Positions 8,802 through 18,288 of a DNA stretch of 61,674 bases are shown here, piece by piece. The notes beneath the pieces are model-generated. The model saw only the letters and a program-made list of their open reading frames with translations. It was not told where the DNA came from and did not search any database. The stretch is from contig CANEVP010000006.1 in NCBI GenBank assembly GCA_947442475.1, positions 1 through 61,674 on the forward strand, read 5' to 3'. This stretch comes from Rickettsiales bacterium. Lineage in GTDB: Bacteria; Pseudomonadota; Alphaproteobacteria; Rickettsiales; UBA1997. Within the stretch, counting starts at the first letter, position 1. Every line of letters starts with the position of its first letter. A program made the position numbers and the translations under genes.

Positions 8802-10037
8802 ATTTTCTACCGTCACTCGCAAATCAGGAACTGAGGTGCATTCAAAATCACGACCGATATTGAGTCCGCCCAGTAACTGAATTTGTGGGTGATTTGACTC
8901 AACTAAAAGCAGATCTTTTTTGAGCAAATTAGCCGCCAACATCTGAGCAAAAAGCGGATATTTCTCAGCTTTAAATTCAAAACCCAAGCAGTTCACCACA
9001 AGATCGCAGGTGATTTTCTCTTCCTTAGTTTCTACCAAGATTTTTCCATTTTCTTCGCTGATTTTTTTGACACCTTTTTTGCGAATTTCAATTTGTTCGC
9101 CCTCAATCATTTGCTCGATTAATTCTACTGACGAAATAGGCGCGCGATGACGAAAAATATTCCAGTAAGGCGAAAGGCGCAGAAATAATTTTTTGTTTTT
9201 CTGATCAAAATTTTGCCACAGCAAAGTTGTGATTGAGCGAATAGAATCAAATACATGGCGCAAATCAAATTGTGGATTTTGGTGCAAGAAATTTCTGATT
9301 TTTAAGCACAAAAAAAGCACGCCACTTTTGGCGTCAGAGGCAGAAATAAAATTCACACTTGGCTGAATTTGTGCGAAATGTTTTTTAGGAAAATTGCCGC
9401 GACGCGAAATCACAAAAATTTTTCCGGCGAAGTTTTTGTTTTTCAAACCAACGATCACGTCAACAGCGGTAAGGCCCGAACCGATTAGGCAAATTGTTTC
9501 GTTGCTAAATTTTTGCTCGTGAAATTGATGTGAATTTTTACCCCACAATTTTTCTACCGCTTGCGAGGGTGCGTCAAGAGCGCTTTGTGCAAAACTAGTT
9601 GCGAGCAAAACTCGATCGGCAGTAAATTTTTGGTTAATGACAAAGTTTTTTTCAATTGAAGTTACTTCCTCATTAATGAACTCAAACTCAACGCCATTCT
9701 TCTTGGCATCCACAAAAGCTTGCTTGGTTAACTCATCCAAATACTCGCCGTAAATTCGTCTTGGGGCGAAACCGTTTTCACCAATCTCAGACCAAATTTG
9801 CGGATATTTCTTTTGCAAAAACTCACAAAAATTTCGCGGCGCATCCGAAAAAGCGCTCATTTTTATTGCCGCAACATTCAAAATGTAGTAAGGCGAAAAG
9901 CTTGTAAATGCAGCGCCGAGAGTATCAGGTCCGTTTTTTTCAAAAATCAGAATTTTAGTTTTTTCAGCTTTTTTTACCAAATGCAAAAAAGCCAAACGTC
10001 CACAAAAACCAAATCCAATAATCGCAGTAATTTTCAT
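8793..10037 (-). CDS. FAD/NAD(P)-binding oxidoreductase (NAD_binding_9-like)
   Basis: IIGFGFCG, LNVAAIKMSAF, PRRIYGEYL, LIGSGLTAVD, WNIFRHRAP, VNCLG. Confidence 0.85.
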   Translation of the reverse strand: MKITAIIGFGFCGRLAFLHLVKKAEKTKILIFEKNGPDTLGAAFTSFSPYYILNVAAIKMSAFSDAPRNFCEFLQKKYPQIWSEIGENGFAPRRIYGEYLDELTKQAFVDAKKNGVEFEFINEEVTSIEKNFVINQKFTADRVLLATSFAQSALDAPSQAVEKLWGKNSHQFHEQKFSNETICLIGSGLTAVDVIVGLKNKNFAGKIFVISRRGNFPKKHFAQIQPSVNFISASDAKSGVLFLCLKIRNFLHQNPQFDLRHVFDSIRSITTLLWQNFDQKNKKLFLRLSPYWNIFRHRAPISSVELIEQMIEGEQIEIRKKGVKKISEENGKILVETKEEKITCDLVVNCLGFEFKAEKYPLFAQMLAANLLKKDLLLVESNHPQIQLLGGLNIGRDFECTSVPDLRVTVENLL

Positions 10038-10294
10038 TGGGATTGAGATTCCTCAGCAGCTCTTTTAAGGCGTCGTTCCAACAACATCGCGGTTCTTTTT
10101 TGCATCACTTCGTTAATTTTTTTAACATGCTTGCTGGCATTAATCATGAAAATGAACGGAAAAATTGAGTGCAAAAAAAGAATCGAACTAGCCAGCAAAA
10201 GCCATAAAGACGTGACAAAGGCGAATAAAAAATGTTCAAGGTAGCCTTCGCCGGTTTCAACTAAATGGTTATTAAAGAAGTTAGTTTTTTGCAT
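10034..10294 (-). CDS. DUF6356-like small membrane protein
   Basis: HLVETGEGYLEHFLFA...HSIFPFIF pattern; 4-nt overlap with downstream gene. Confidence 0.7.
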   Translation of the reverse strand: MQKTNFFNNHLVETGEGYLEHFLFAFVTSLWLLLASSILFLHSIFPFIFMINASKHVKKINEVMQKRTAMLLERRLKRAAEESQSQ

Positions 10295-10313
10295 GTTTAA
10301 ATTTTTTTAAAGG

Positions 10314-12473
10314 TTAGCCGGCAATGCGCTCAACTTCGACAATCTTTTTTGAAATGCGCAAGGTCGATAAAATTTCTTCCAAATGGTCAACGCTCTTTAC
10401 GTCGATATCAATCAACAGTTCAAAATATTCGGAGAGGCGGTTGGTAATTTTAATACTGGTAATGTTAACTTTTTTCTTTGCGATGATGCTGCTTACGTCA
10501 GCCAAGCTTCCCGATCTATTTTCAACCATCACTCTGACTCTGCTAGCATACATTTCATCGCCAATTTCTTCGTCGCTTTTCCAACATACATCCAAAACTC
10601 TTTGCGGCGTTAAAACCAAATTTTTTAAATTTTTGCAGGTTTGATTGTGAATCGTCACGCCAGTTCCGGTATTGATGATTCCAACGATCGGATCTCCCGG
10701 AATTGGGTTGCAGCACCCCGCGTAATGCATTGCCATGCCAAAAACTAAACCTTCAATTGGCAGCGAGTGGCTCGATTTATTTTTTGATTCGTGATGTGGT
10801 TTTAAAAATTTTTCTTTGGCAATTTCTTCTTTAAATTCTGGATAAATTACTTTGAGAATTTCTTGGCGCGAAATCACACCTTCAGCCACTTTAAAGCATA
10901 AATCGCCGACAGTTTTTTTGTGAAAATTGTTCAGGCATTTTTCCAAAAGTTTTTCGCTTAATTTTAAATCTTTTGAGGCGAAAAATTTATTTAAAATGAC
11001 GCGACCAAGTGAGCTGTATTCTTCAAATTTTTCACTGCGAATAAAGGCTTTGATTGCCGAACGCGCTTTGGAAGTGGTGACAAATTGCAGCCAATTGTGT
11101 GAAGGCTTGGCATTTTTTGCCGTAATGATTTCAACCTGATCGCCATTTTCGAGTTTTTGCCGCAGCGGTGAAATGGCGCCATTAATTTTTGCCGAAACAC
11201 AGCTATTTCCAACGCCTGAGTGCACCTCGTAAGCAAAATCAATCACGGTTGAACCAAAGGGCAGGTTGAAAATGTCGCCATTTGGTGTGAAGCAAAAGAC
11301 TTTGTCTTGATGCATTTGCAGCTTGTGATTCTTCAAAACTTCCGAAGCGTTTTCAGAGGTTTCAAAAAGATGCAGCAAGTCGCGGATCCAGCGATATTGT
11401 TCGTTTTCAGCGTTAGTCTTGGAAGAAATTTTAGTGAGATTTTCTTTGTAGCGCCAATGTGCTGCAACTCCTAGGTTGGAGAGTTCGTGCATTCTTTGAT
11501 CACGAATCTGAATTTCGATTTTCTTATTAAACGGCCCTAAAATTGTCAGATGCAGCGATTGGTAACCGTTTTCTTTTGGCGTGCTAATGTAGTCTTTGAA
11601 AGTGCCAGGTATCATGTTGTAGTAAGAATTAATCGCACCGAGAATTCGGTAACATTCGCCCACATCTTTGCCAACAATGCGAAACGCCATGATGTCGTGC
11701 ATGTTGTGAAAGCCGATATTTTGATCGCGCATTTTGCGCCAGATTGAATAAGGCTTTTTTTCGCGTCCCGAAACTTCGCATTCGATTTTTTCCAAATCTA
11801 AAATGTGTTTGAGGTCTTCAAGAATTTTCTCGATGAGATTTTTATTTTTTTCGCGCAGCTCATTAATGTGAGAGATGATCTGATTGCGCGCTTCTGCATC
11901 AATAATTTCAAAACACAAATCTTCCATTTCATCTTTGATTTTACTAAGACCAATGCGACCCGCAAGTGGTGCGTAAATATCTAGGCTTTCTTGTGCTTTG
12001 TTAATTTTTTTTTCGCGGGATGGCACGTAAAAAAGCGTGCGCATGTTGTGCAGGCGGTCGGCAAGCTTGACGATTAAGACGCGGATGTCTTGCGACATTG
12101 CCAAAGCTAATTTGCGGAAATTTTCTGCAACTCTTTCACTGGAGGGCGCGGAATGAATTTTGCCTAGCTTGGTCACGCCATCGACCAAATTTACCACTTC
12201 TTCACCAAAATCTTTTTCGATTTCTTCAAGAGTTACCTCGGTGTCTTCAACAACATCATGCAGCAAAGCCGTGATGATTGAGGCTTGGTCGAGTTTGAGA
12301 TCGATTAAAATTTCAGCAACAGCCAGAGGATGAGAAAAATAAGGATCGCCCGAATGGCGCTTTTGATTGCCGTGTGAGGCTTTGGAAAAAAGGTAGGCCT
12401 TTTGGATCAGTTGTTCATTTAGGTCTGGATGGTAAGTGCGGATTTTGGCGATTAATTCGGAAGGTGAGATCAT
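10314..12473 (-). CDS. spoT: Long bifunctional (p)ppGpp synthetase/hydrolase RelA/SpoT
   Basis: HD hydrolase (ALLHDVVEDT), synthetase (GREKKPYS, YQSLH, EIQIR), TGS, CCNPIPGD, ACT domains. Confidence 0.95.
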   Translation of the reverse strand: MISPSELIAKIRTYHPDLNEQLIQKAYLFSKASHGNQKRHSGDPYFSHPLAVAEILIDLKLDQASIITALLHDVVEDTEVTLEEIEKDFGEEVVNLVDGVTKLGKIHSAPSSERVAENFRKLALAMSQDIRVLIVKLADRLHNMRTLFYVPSREKKINKAQESLDIYAPLAGRIGLSKIKDEMEDLCFEIIDAEARNQIISHINELREKNKNLIEKILEDLKHILDLEKIECEVSGREKKPYSIWRKMRDQNIGFHNMHDIMAFRIVGKDVGECYRILGAINSYYNMIPGTFKDYISTPKENGYQSLHLTILGPFNKKIEIQIRDQRMHELSNLGVAAHWRYKENLTKISSKTNAENEQYRWIRDLLHLFETSENASEVLKNHKLQMHQDKVFCFTPNGDIFNLPFGSTVIDFAYEVHSGVGNSCVSAKINGAISPLRQKLENGDQVEIITAKNAKPSHNWLQFVTTSKARSAIKAFIRSEKFEEYSSLGRVILNKFFASKDLKLSEKLLEKCLNNFHKKTVGDLCFKVAEGVISRQEILKVIYPEFKEEIAKEKFLKPHHESKNKSSHSLPIEGLVFGMAMHYAGCCNPIPGDPIVGIINTGTGVTIHNQTCKNLKNLVLTPQRVLDVCWKSDEEIGDEMYASRVRVMVENRSGSLADVSSIIAKKKVNITSIKITNRLSEYFELLIDIDVKSVDHLEEILSTLRISKKIVEVERIAG

Positions 12474-12495
12474 TTAAAATCAGGCTATTTTTTGA

Positions 12496-12519
12496 ATTCC
12501 TGCCGCCGGCGGCAGGAAT
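12496..12519. repeat. 24-bp perfect palindrome (ATT-N7-CCGG-N7'-AAT family), copy 1
   Basis: att cctgccg ccgg cggcagg aat; followed by tcaaaaaa on the minus strand. Confidence 0.85.
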
Positions 12520-12620
12520 GTTGGGAATTTTAAGAATCCTTTAAAATCGCGGGTTGGTGAGGTGTGGTTTGCGAAAAATTAGGTTTTGAAAATCATTTTC
12601 CGATCACTCTTAATCACATT

Positions 12621-12704
12621 CTTAGTCATGCTGAGCCTGTCGAAGCATGATTCTGGGCACCATCGTGCCACGAATCATGCTTCGACAGGCTCAGCATGAC
12701 TAAG
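12621..12704. repeat. REP-like palindromic element with 33-bp perfect arms
   Basis: cttagtcatgctgagcctgtcgaagcatgattc / gaatcatgcttcgacaggctcagcatgactaag with inner ggcac/gtgcc stem. Confidence 0.9.
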
Positions 12705-12725
12705 TAGAAGGTTAGCGAAAAAGAG

Positions 12726-14054
12726 CTAAACCCCTTCAAACCCCGAACCAAAATCTTTAAAAATTTTCTCAAAATTCGGAAAGCTTGTCGCAATCATTGA
12801 AGCGTCATCAATTTCAGTGCCTCTCTCCATCATCAAGCCCATGACCAAAAACGACATTGCAATTCGGTGATCCATTGCGGTTGAAATTTTTATCGCGTTT
12901 TTTTGTTGTTTGACGCCGCCTACAACTTCTAAAAAGTCGTCACCCATTTTGGCGCTAACGCCGCAAGCCTCAAGGTTTTGGGCAATCATCAAAAGACGAT
13001 TACTTTCTTTAAATTTCAATTCAGCAAGGCCGTTCATTTTGGTGGTGCCTTGCGCGTTTGCTGCGGCCACTGCCAAAATCGGATATTCGTCAATCATGCT
13101 TGAAGCGCGATGTGCCGGCACCTCAACACCTTTGAGGTCGCTTGATTCGACCAAAATATCAGCAACTTTTTCGCCGCTAATTTCGCGCTCGTTAACTAAT
13201 TCGATTTTACCGCCCATTTCGCGCAAAGTAACAACCACGCCATCGCGCAAAGGATTAACGCCGACATTTTTAATTTTGATTTTGGAATTTTTTACCAAAA
13301 GCGCCGCAACAATCAAAAAAGCTGCGGATGAAATGTCGCCCGGAACTTCAAAATTTTTGGCGTCAAATTCTTGCAAGCCCGAGTAAGAAATTTTGGTGCC
13401 ATTTTCAAAATTGTCGCAGGCGATTTTTAAGCCCAAATAACGCATCATGATTTCAGTGTGGTCGCGGCATTTTTCTAGCTCAATAATTGTGGTAGTGCCA
13501 CGGGTCACAAGACTGGCAAGTAAGATGCAGCTTTTGACTTGGGCGGAAGCCATTTTCATTTTATACTCAATTGGCAAAGGATCTTTGGCACCAATAACGG
13601 CAAAAGGCATCAAGCCGCCTTGGCGAGAAATAATTTGAGCGCCGAATTGTTTGATTGGCTCCAAAACGCGATTCATTGGGCGTTTGCGTAGTGAGGCATC
13701 ACCTGTAAAAAATGAGGTGAAATTGTAAGGAGTAACAAGACCCGCCATCAAGCGCGCTGCGGTGCCAGAATTGCCCATGTCGAGAAAGTCAGTTGGCTCG
13801 CATAATCCGCCAACGCCAGAGCCATTAACCATCCAATGGTCAGAATTTTTTTCAATTGCCACGCCCATTAAACGCAGAGCGGCGGCGGTTTTTAAAACAT
13901 CTTCGCCTTCGAGAAGGCCAGTGATTTTACTTTTGCCGTGGGCAAGGGCGGCAAAAATTAGCGCGCGGTGTGAAATTGATTTGTCGCCAGCAACCGAGAT
14001 TTCGCCTTTTAGAGCGACATCTTTTTTGCGCGAGAGCAGAGGTTTTGAAATCAT
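12726..14054 (-). CDS. aroA: EPSP synthase (3-phosphoshikimate 1-carboxyvinyltransferase)
   Basis: GDKSISHRA, DMGNSGT, ASAQVKS, RDHTE, KESNR, DHRIAM. Confidence 0.97.
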   Translation of the reverse strand: MISKPLLSRKKDVALKGEISVAGDKSISHRALIFAALAHGKSKITGLLEGEDVLKTAAALRLMGVAIEKNSDHWMVNGSGVGGLCEPTDFLDMGNSGTAARLMAGLVTPYNFTSFFTGDASLRKRPMNRVLEPIKQFGAQIISRQGGLMPFAVIGAKDPLPIEYKMKMASAQVKSCILLASLVTRGTTTIIELEKCRDHTEIMMRYLGLKIACDNFENGTKISYSGLQEFDAKNFEVPGDISSAAFLIVAALLVKNSKIKIKNVGVNPLRDGVVVTLREMGGKIELVNEREISGEKVADILVESSDLKGVEVPAHRASSMIDEYPILAVAAANAQGTTKMNGLAELKFKESNRLLMIAQNLEACGVSAKMGDDFLEVVGGVKQQKNAIKISTAMDHRIAMSFLVMGLMMERGTEIDDASMIATSFPNFEKIFKDFGSGFEGV

Positions 14055-15517
14055 TACAGTCCTGCAAAATTGGCGATTGAATTTGTGATTGCGTCGATGA
14101 AGAAAATGAAAAGTAAGTTGAAAAGTGCGGTAACGAAAATGATTACTTTGATGTTGGTGGTTTGATCGAGTTCCATTACTTTTTGCGGCTCATCAAAATA
14201 CATGATTTTGACGATTCGTAAATAGTAGTAAGCAGAAACCACGCTAAACAAAACTGCTAAAATTGCTGCCGCTAAATGGCCTTGAGATAGTATGGCAGTA
14301 AGGATGAAGAATTTAGAGAAGAATCCGGCTAGAGGCGGAATTCCGGCAGTTGAAAACATCAAAGCGGCTAGTGAAAAAGCCATGAATGGGTTGGTTTTTG
14401 AAAGTCCGGCAAGGGAAGAAATTTCAAAAATTTTGTCGTTTTCAGCATCGCTTTCTTTATCAGTGGTGGCACTGGTAACTAGGTTTAAGAAGCCAAAAGA
14501 ACCAATCGAAATCACTGCGTAAATTACCATGTAAAGAATACAGGCGGTGAATCCATCTTTGCTCAAAACAGACATGCCAAGCAAGACGAAGCCGACGTGG
14601 CCAATTGAGCTGTAGGCTAAAAGTCTTTTAAAACTTTTTTGAAAAATTGCACCAAAACTGCCAACCGCCAAAGAAAGAATGGCTGAGAAAATAAAGATTT
14701 TTTCAATGCCGTGCCAGCCGATGATGAGCGCGTAAAATAAGCGCAACAAAGCCATTACTGCGGTGAATTTGGCGACAGTAGCAAAGAAGGTGGTCGAGAT
14801 TGTGGCTGAACCTTCGTAAACATCAGGGCTCCACATGTGAAACGGTGCAGCGGCGATTTTGAAAAACATCGCGGTGATTACTAAAACGAAACCAAACATT
14901 ACGCCAACCGGAATTTGCGGAGCGACATTTGGTTTGTGGTAAAGCTCCATCAAAGCGCTGAAATTAGTGGTACCAGAAAAGCCGTAAATTAGTGAAATGC
15001 CAAAAAGCAAAATGCCTGAAGCCAAGCAGCCCAGAATAAAATATTTCATCCCAGCTTCAGAAGATTTTGCTGAGTCGCGATTTAGTGCAGCAAGAAGGTA
15101 AAGTGAAAGTGCTTGTAGCTCTAAGCCTAAATAGAAAACCAAAAAGTCATTTGCTGAAACCAAAATCATGCCGCCCGATGTTGCAATCATCAAAAGCGCT
15201 AAAAATTCAGCGCTGATTTTTGGAAAACTACTGACGAATTTAAATGAAAATAAAACTACCACAGCAAGCAGGGCAACAGTGACCGCTTTGACAAAGGAGG
15301 TGAAGGAATTTGAGGCGAACATTTTACTGAAAGTGATGTCGGCAATGGTGAAATTTTTAAGCACGAAGAAAAGGGCGACAGCGCAAAATAAAAGCGAGAG
15401 CAGGTGTGAGATGTAGAAAAAATCTTTTACTTTTTTAGCGAAGAAAACATCTGACATTAAGATGATTAAGGCCCCGAGGAATAAAGTGATTTCTGGAGAG
15501 ATTAGAGTGAGGTTCAT
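14054..15517 (-). CDS. nuoN: NADH-quinone oxidoreductase subunit N
   Basis: LELQAL, SSEAGMKYF, FKIAAAPFHMWSPDVYEG, KRLLAYSSIGH, GIPPLAGF. Confidence 0.96.
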   Translation of the reverse strand: MNLTLISPEITLFLGALIILMSDVFFAKKVKDFFYISHLLSLLFCAVALFFVLKNFTIADITFSKMFASNSFTSFVKAVTVALLAVVVLFSFKFVSSFPKISAEFLALLMIATSGGMILVSANDFLVFYLGLELQALSLYLLAALNRDSAKSSEAGMKYFILGCLASGILLFGISLIYGFSGTTNFSALMELYHKPNVAPQIPVGVMFGFVLVITAMFFKIAAAPFHMWSPDVYEGSATISTTFFATVAKFTAVMALLRLFYALIIGWHGIEKIFIFSAILSLAVGSFGAIFQKSFKRLLAYSSIGHVGFVLLGMSVLSKDGFTACILYMVIYAVISIGSFGFLNLVTSATTDKESDAENDKIFEISSLAGLSKTNPFMAFSLAALMFSTAGIPPLAGFFSKFFILTAILSQGHLAAAILAVLFSVVSAYYYLRIVKIMYFDEPQKVMELDQTTNIKVIIFVTALFNLLFIFFIDAITNSIANFAGL

Positions 15518-15540
15518 GGTAAAATATTAATTAAACAGTT

Positions 15541-15575
15541 CGTCATCCTTGGGTTCTTAGAGCTCAAGGATGACG
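15541..15575. repeat. Short REP-like hairpin between nuoM and nuoN
   Basis: cgtcatccttg-N13-caaggatgacg. Confidence 0.7.
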
Positions 15576-15587
15576 GGTGTGATTATT

Positions 15588-17057
15588 TTAAGAAAAAACT
15601 TTAAGCAAATTGCTAACCGGCAGAGTGAAAAAGCTCAAAACCAGATTTGGTAAAACGCCAAGCAGAATTACAAAAAAAGCCATTAGGCCAAGTGAAATAA
15701 ATTCAACTTTTCCCAGATCAGAAACTTCATCAACATGGTGATTGGTGATTTCGCTAAACCAAACACGTTTGTAGAGCCAAAGCATGTAGCAAGCGCCAAG
15801 AATCACTCCAATTGTTGCAAAAATTGCCGCAGCTTTGTTGGCTTTGAAAGTGCCGAGAATGCTTAAAAATTCTCCAACGAAGCCACTAGTTCCAGGTAAT
15901 CCAACTGAAGCCATGGTGAAAATCATCGCAAGCATGGCGAAGTTGGGCATTTTAGTTGCGATGCCGCCGAGGTCAGCGATTTGCTTGGTGTGAAGACGAT
16001 CGTAAATTGAGCCAACGCACATGAAAAGTGCCGCAGAAACAATCCCGTGGCTAATCATTTGCATGATGGCGCCGTCAATGCCTTGGCGGGTGAAGCTGAA
16101 AATTCCCATGGTCACGAAACCCATGTGAGCAACGGAGGAGTAGGCAATCATTTTTTTCATGTCTTTTTGCATCAAGGCAACAAGCGAAGCGTAGATGATG
16201 GCGATGACGCTGAGCGTTAAAACCATCGGGGCAAAAAATTGCGAAGCCGCAGGAAAAAACGGCAGCGAGAAGCGGATGAAGCCGTAAGCGCCGAGTTTAA
16301 TTAAGATACCAGCAAGAATAACCGAACCAGCAGTTGGCGCTTGCACGTGGGCGTCGGGCAACCAAGTGTGCACTGGAAACATCGGAACTTTCACAGCGAA
16401 AGAAACAAAGAAAGCCAACCACAACCATTTTTGATATTCGAGCGGAAAGTAGGTTGGAAGGCCCTTGGTCAAAGCTACAACGTCAGTGGTGCCAGTGAAA
16501 ACGAAGATGCAAATGATGGCAATGAGAAAAAGAACTGAACCAAAAAGAGTGTAGAGAAAAAATTTGTAAGCCGCGTAAATTCTGTTTTCGCCGCCCCAAA
16601 TGCCAATTACCAAAAACATTGGAATTAACATCGCTTCGAAAAAGATGTAGAAAAAAACTAGGTCAAGCGCGCAGAAAGAGCCAATTACGAAAGCTTCAAT
16701 AAGTAAGAAAGAAATTACGTATTCTTTAATGCGTTTTTCAATTGATTTGAGGCTAATCGCCAAGCAGATCGGGGTTAAGAAGGTGGTGAGTAAAATCATC
16801 AAAATTGAAATTCCATCAACGCCAACGAAATATTTAATGTCGTAATTAGTTAGAAGTTTGAAGACTTCAGTGAATTGAAAGCCGTCTAAATTTTTGTTGA
16901 AATCACAAAGTAATTTGCAGCTTAAGGCAAAGTTAATGAAGCTGATTGCAAGCCCGTAAGTAAAGTAATTACGACTATTTTTGAAGTTGACAAATAGTAG
17001 CGCAATTACGGCTAAAATAGGCAAAAAAATCAAAGTCGAAAGAATCGGAAAAGGCAT
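15588..17057 (-). CDS. nuoM: NADH-quinone oxidoreductase subunit M
   Basis: GVDGIS, FFEAMLIP, KFFLYT, HTWLPDAHVQAPTAGS, IAYSSVAHMG. Confidence 0.97.
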   Translation of the reverse strand: MPFPILSTLIFLPILAVIALLFVNFKNSRNYFTYGLAISFINFALSCKLLCDFNKNLDGFQFTEVFKLLTNYDIKYFVGVDGISILMILLTTFLTPICLAISLKSIEKRIKEYVISFLLIEAFVIGSFCALDLVFFYIFFEAMLIPMFLVIGIWGGENRIYAAYKFFLYTLFGSVLFLIAIICIFVFTGTTDVVALTKGLPTYFPLEYQKWLWLAFFVSFAVKVPMFPVHTWLPDAHVQAPTAGSVILAGILIKLGAYGFIRFSLPFFPAASQFFAPMVLTLSVIAIIYASLVALMQKDMKKMIAYSSVAHMGFVTMGIFSFTRQGIDGAIMQMISHGIVSAALFMCVGSIYDRLHTKQIADLGGIATKMPNFAMLAMIFTMASVGLPGTSGFVGEFLSILGTFKANKAAAIFATIGVILGACYMLWLYKRVWFSEITNHHVDEVSDLGKVEFISLGLMAFFVILLGVLPNLVLSFFTLPVSNLLKVFS

Positions 17058-17207
17058 GAATTTGTAAGAGATTTTTGTAGGGGAAATTTTGCGCGATTTT
17101 TATTTAGCAAAAAAATTAGAATCAATTGTCAAATCGAGCGAGGTTTGTTTTTATGAATCGCTAAGTTAAAAAATTCGCAACTCTCAAATTTCAACATTAC
17201 TCAAATA

Positions 17208-18251
17208 ATGCTTCTCGACCCTCAACAAATTCTCGTTGAAAAAAAATTACAGCAACTTGCCAAAGAGCTTGAAAATCAAGCGTCCGTTGGTTTTTTTCAA
17301 AAAATTATTTCGCCAAAAAACCAATTAAAAAGTTTGTACATTCATGGCGATGTTGGTCGTGGAAAGTCGATGTTGATGAAAAGTTTTTTTAATTCTCTGA
17401 GTAAAACGCCGAAAGTTTATTTTCACTTTAACGGCTTCATGCGCTTAATTCACGAGGCTTTGCGTGACATTCGCCAAGAAGAGAAAGAATTTAAAGAAGA
17501 GTTGATCGAGGCTTTGAAGAGAGTGGTCGGAAAAAATCATCTGATTTGTTTTGACGAATTTCAGGTGATGGATATTGCGGATGCAATGTTGCTTGCGCGG
17601 ATTTTTTCTTTTTTATTTTCACAAAATATTGTGTCGATTTTTACTTCTAATTCTAAGCCGCTAGAGCTTTACAAAAATGGCTTGCAGCGCGAAGTTTTTT
17701 TAGAATTTGTGGAGAAGGTTTTGCTGCAAAATTGCGAGGTTTTGTATCTCGATTCGCCAATTGATTACCGCAGCAGATACGTTAAAAATTTGACGAAGCG
17801 CTATTTTATTTCGAATCAAAAAAATCGTGACGAGGTAAAAAAAATCATCGAAGCCACGACTGACGGCGCCAAGCTAAAGCCAGCTAAAATCAAGGTTTGG
17901 GGGCGTGAAATTAAAATCAAAAAAACTTACAAGAAAGTTGCTGTTTTTGATTTTGATGATTTGTGTCGGGTTGAATTTGCTGCGGCAGAATATCAGGCGA
18001 TCTGTCAAAATTTTGATCTGATTTTTTTGTTGAAAATTCCACAGCTCCTGCCAGAAGATGCCAATGAAGCAAGGCGCTTCGTGCTTTTCATCGATGAGGT
18101 TTACGAAAAAAAAACTGGCCTCATCGTTTTAGCAAAAACAAAATCTGAAAAAATTTACAAAAGCGGAACTGGCGCTGAGGCTTTTAAGCGCACGGTTTCG
18201 CGGTTAAATGAAATTAAGTCTGACCAATATTGGGCGGCTTTAAGCGAGTAG
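17208..18251 (+). CDS. zapE: AFG1/ZapE family ATPase
   Basis: Walker A GDVGRGKS, CFDEFQVMDIADAM, TSN..P..LYKNGLQR, RTVSRL. Confidence 0.93.
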   Translation: MLLDPQQILVEKKLQQLAKELENQASVGFFQKIISPKNQLKSLYIHGDVGRGKSMLMKSFFNSLSKTPKVYFHFNGFMRLIHEALRDIRQEEKEFKEELIEALKRVVGKNHLICFDEFQVMDIADAMLLARIFSFLFSQNIVSIFTSNSKPLELYKNGLQREVFLEFVEKVLLQNCEVLYLDSPIDYRSRYVKNLTKRYFISNQKNRDEVKKIIEATTDGAKLKPAKIKVWGREIKIKKTYKKVAVFDFDDLCRVEFAAAEYQAICQNFDLIFLLKIPQLLPEDANEARRFVLFIDEVYEKKTGLIVLAKTKSEKIYKSGTGAEAFKRTVSRLNEIKSDQYWAALSE

Positions 18252-18288
18252 AAATATTTTTAATTTTTTAAAATAAATTTTTGAATTT

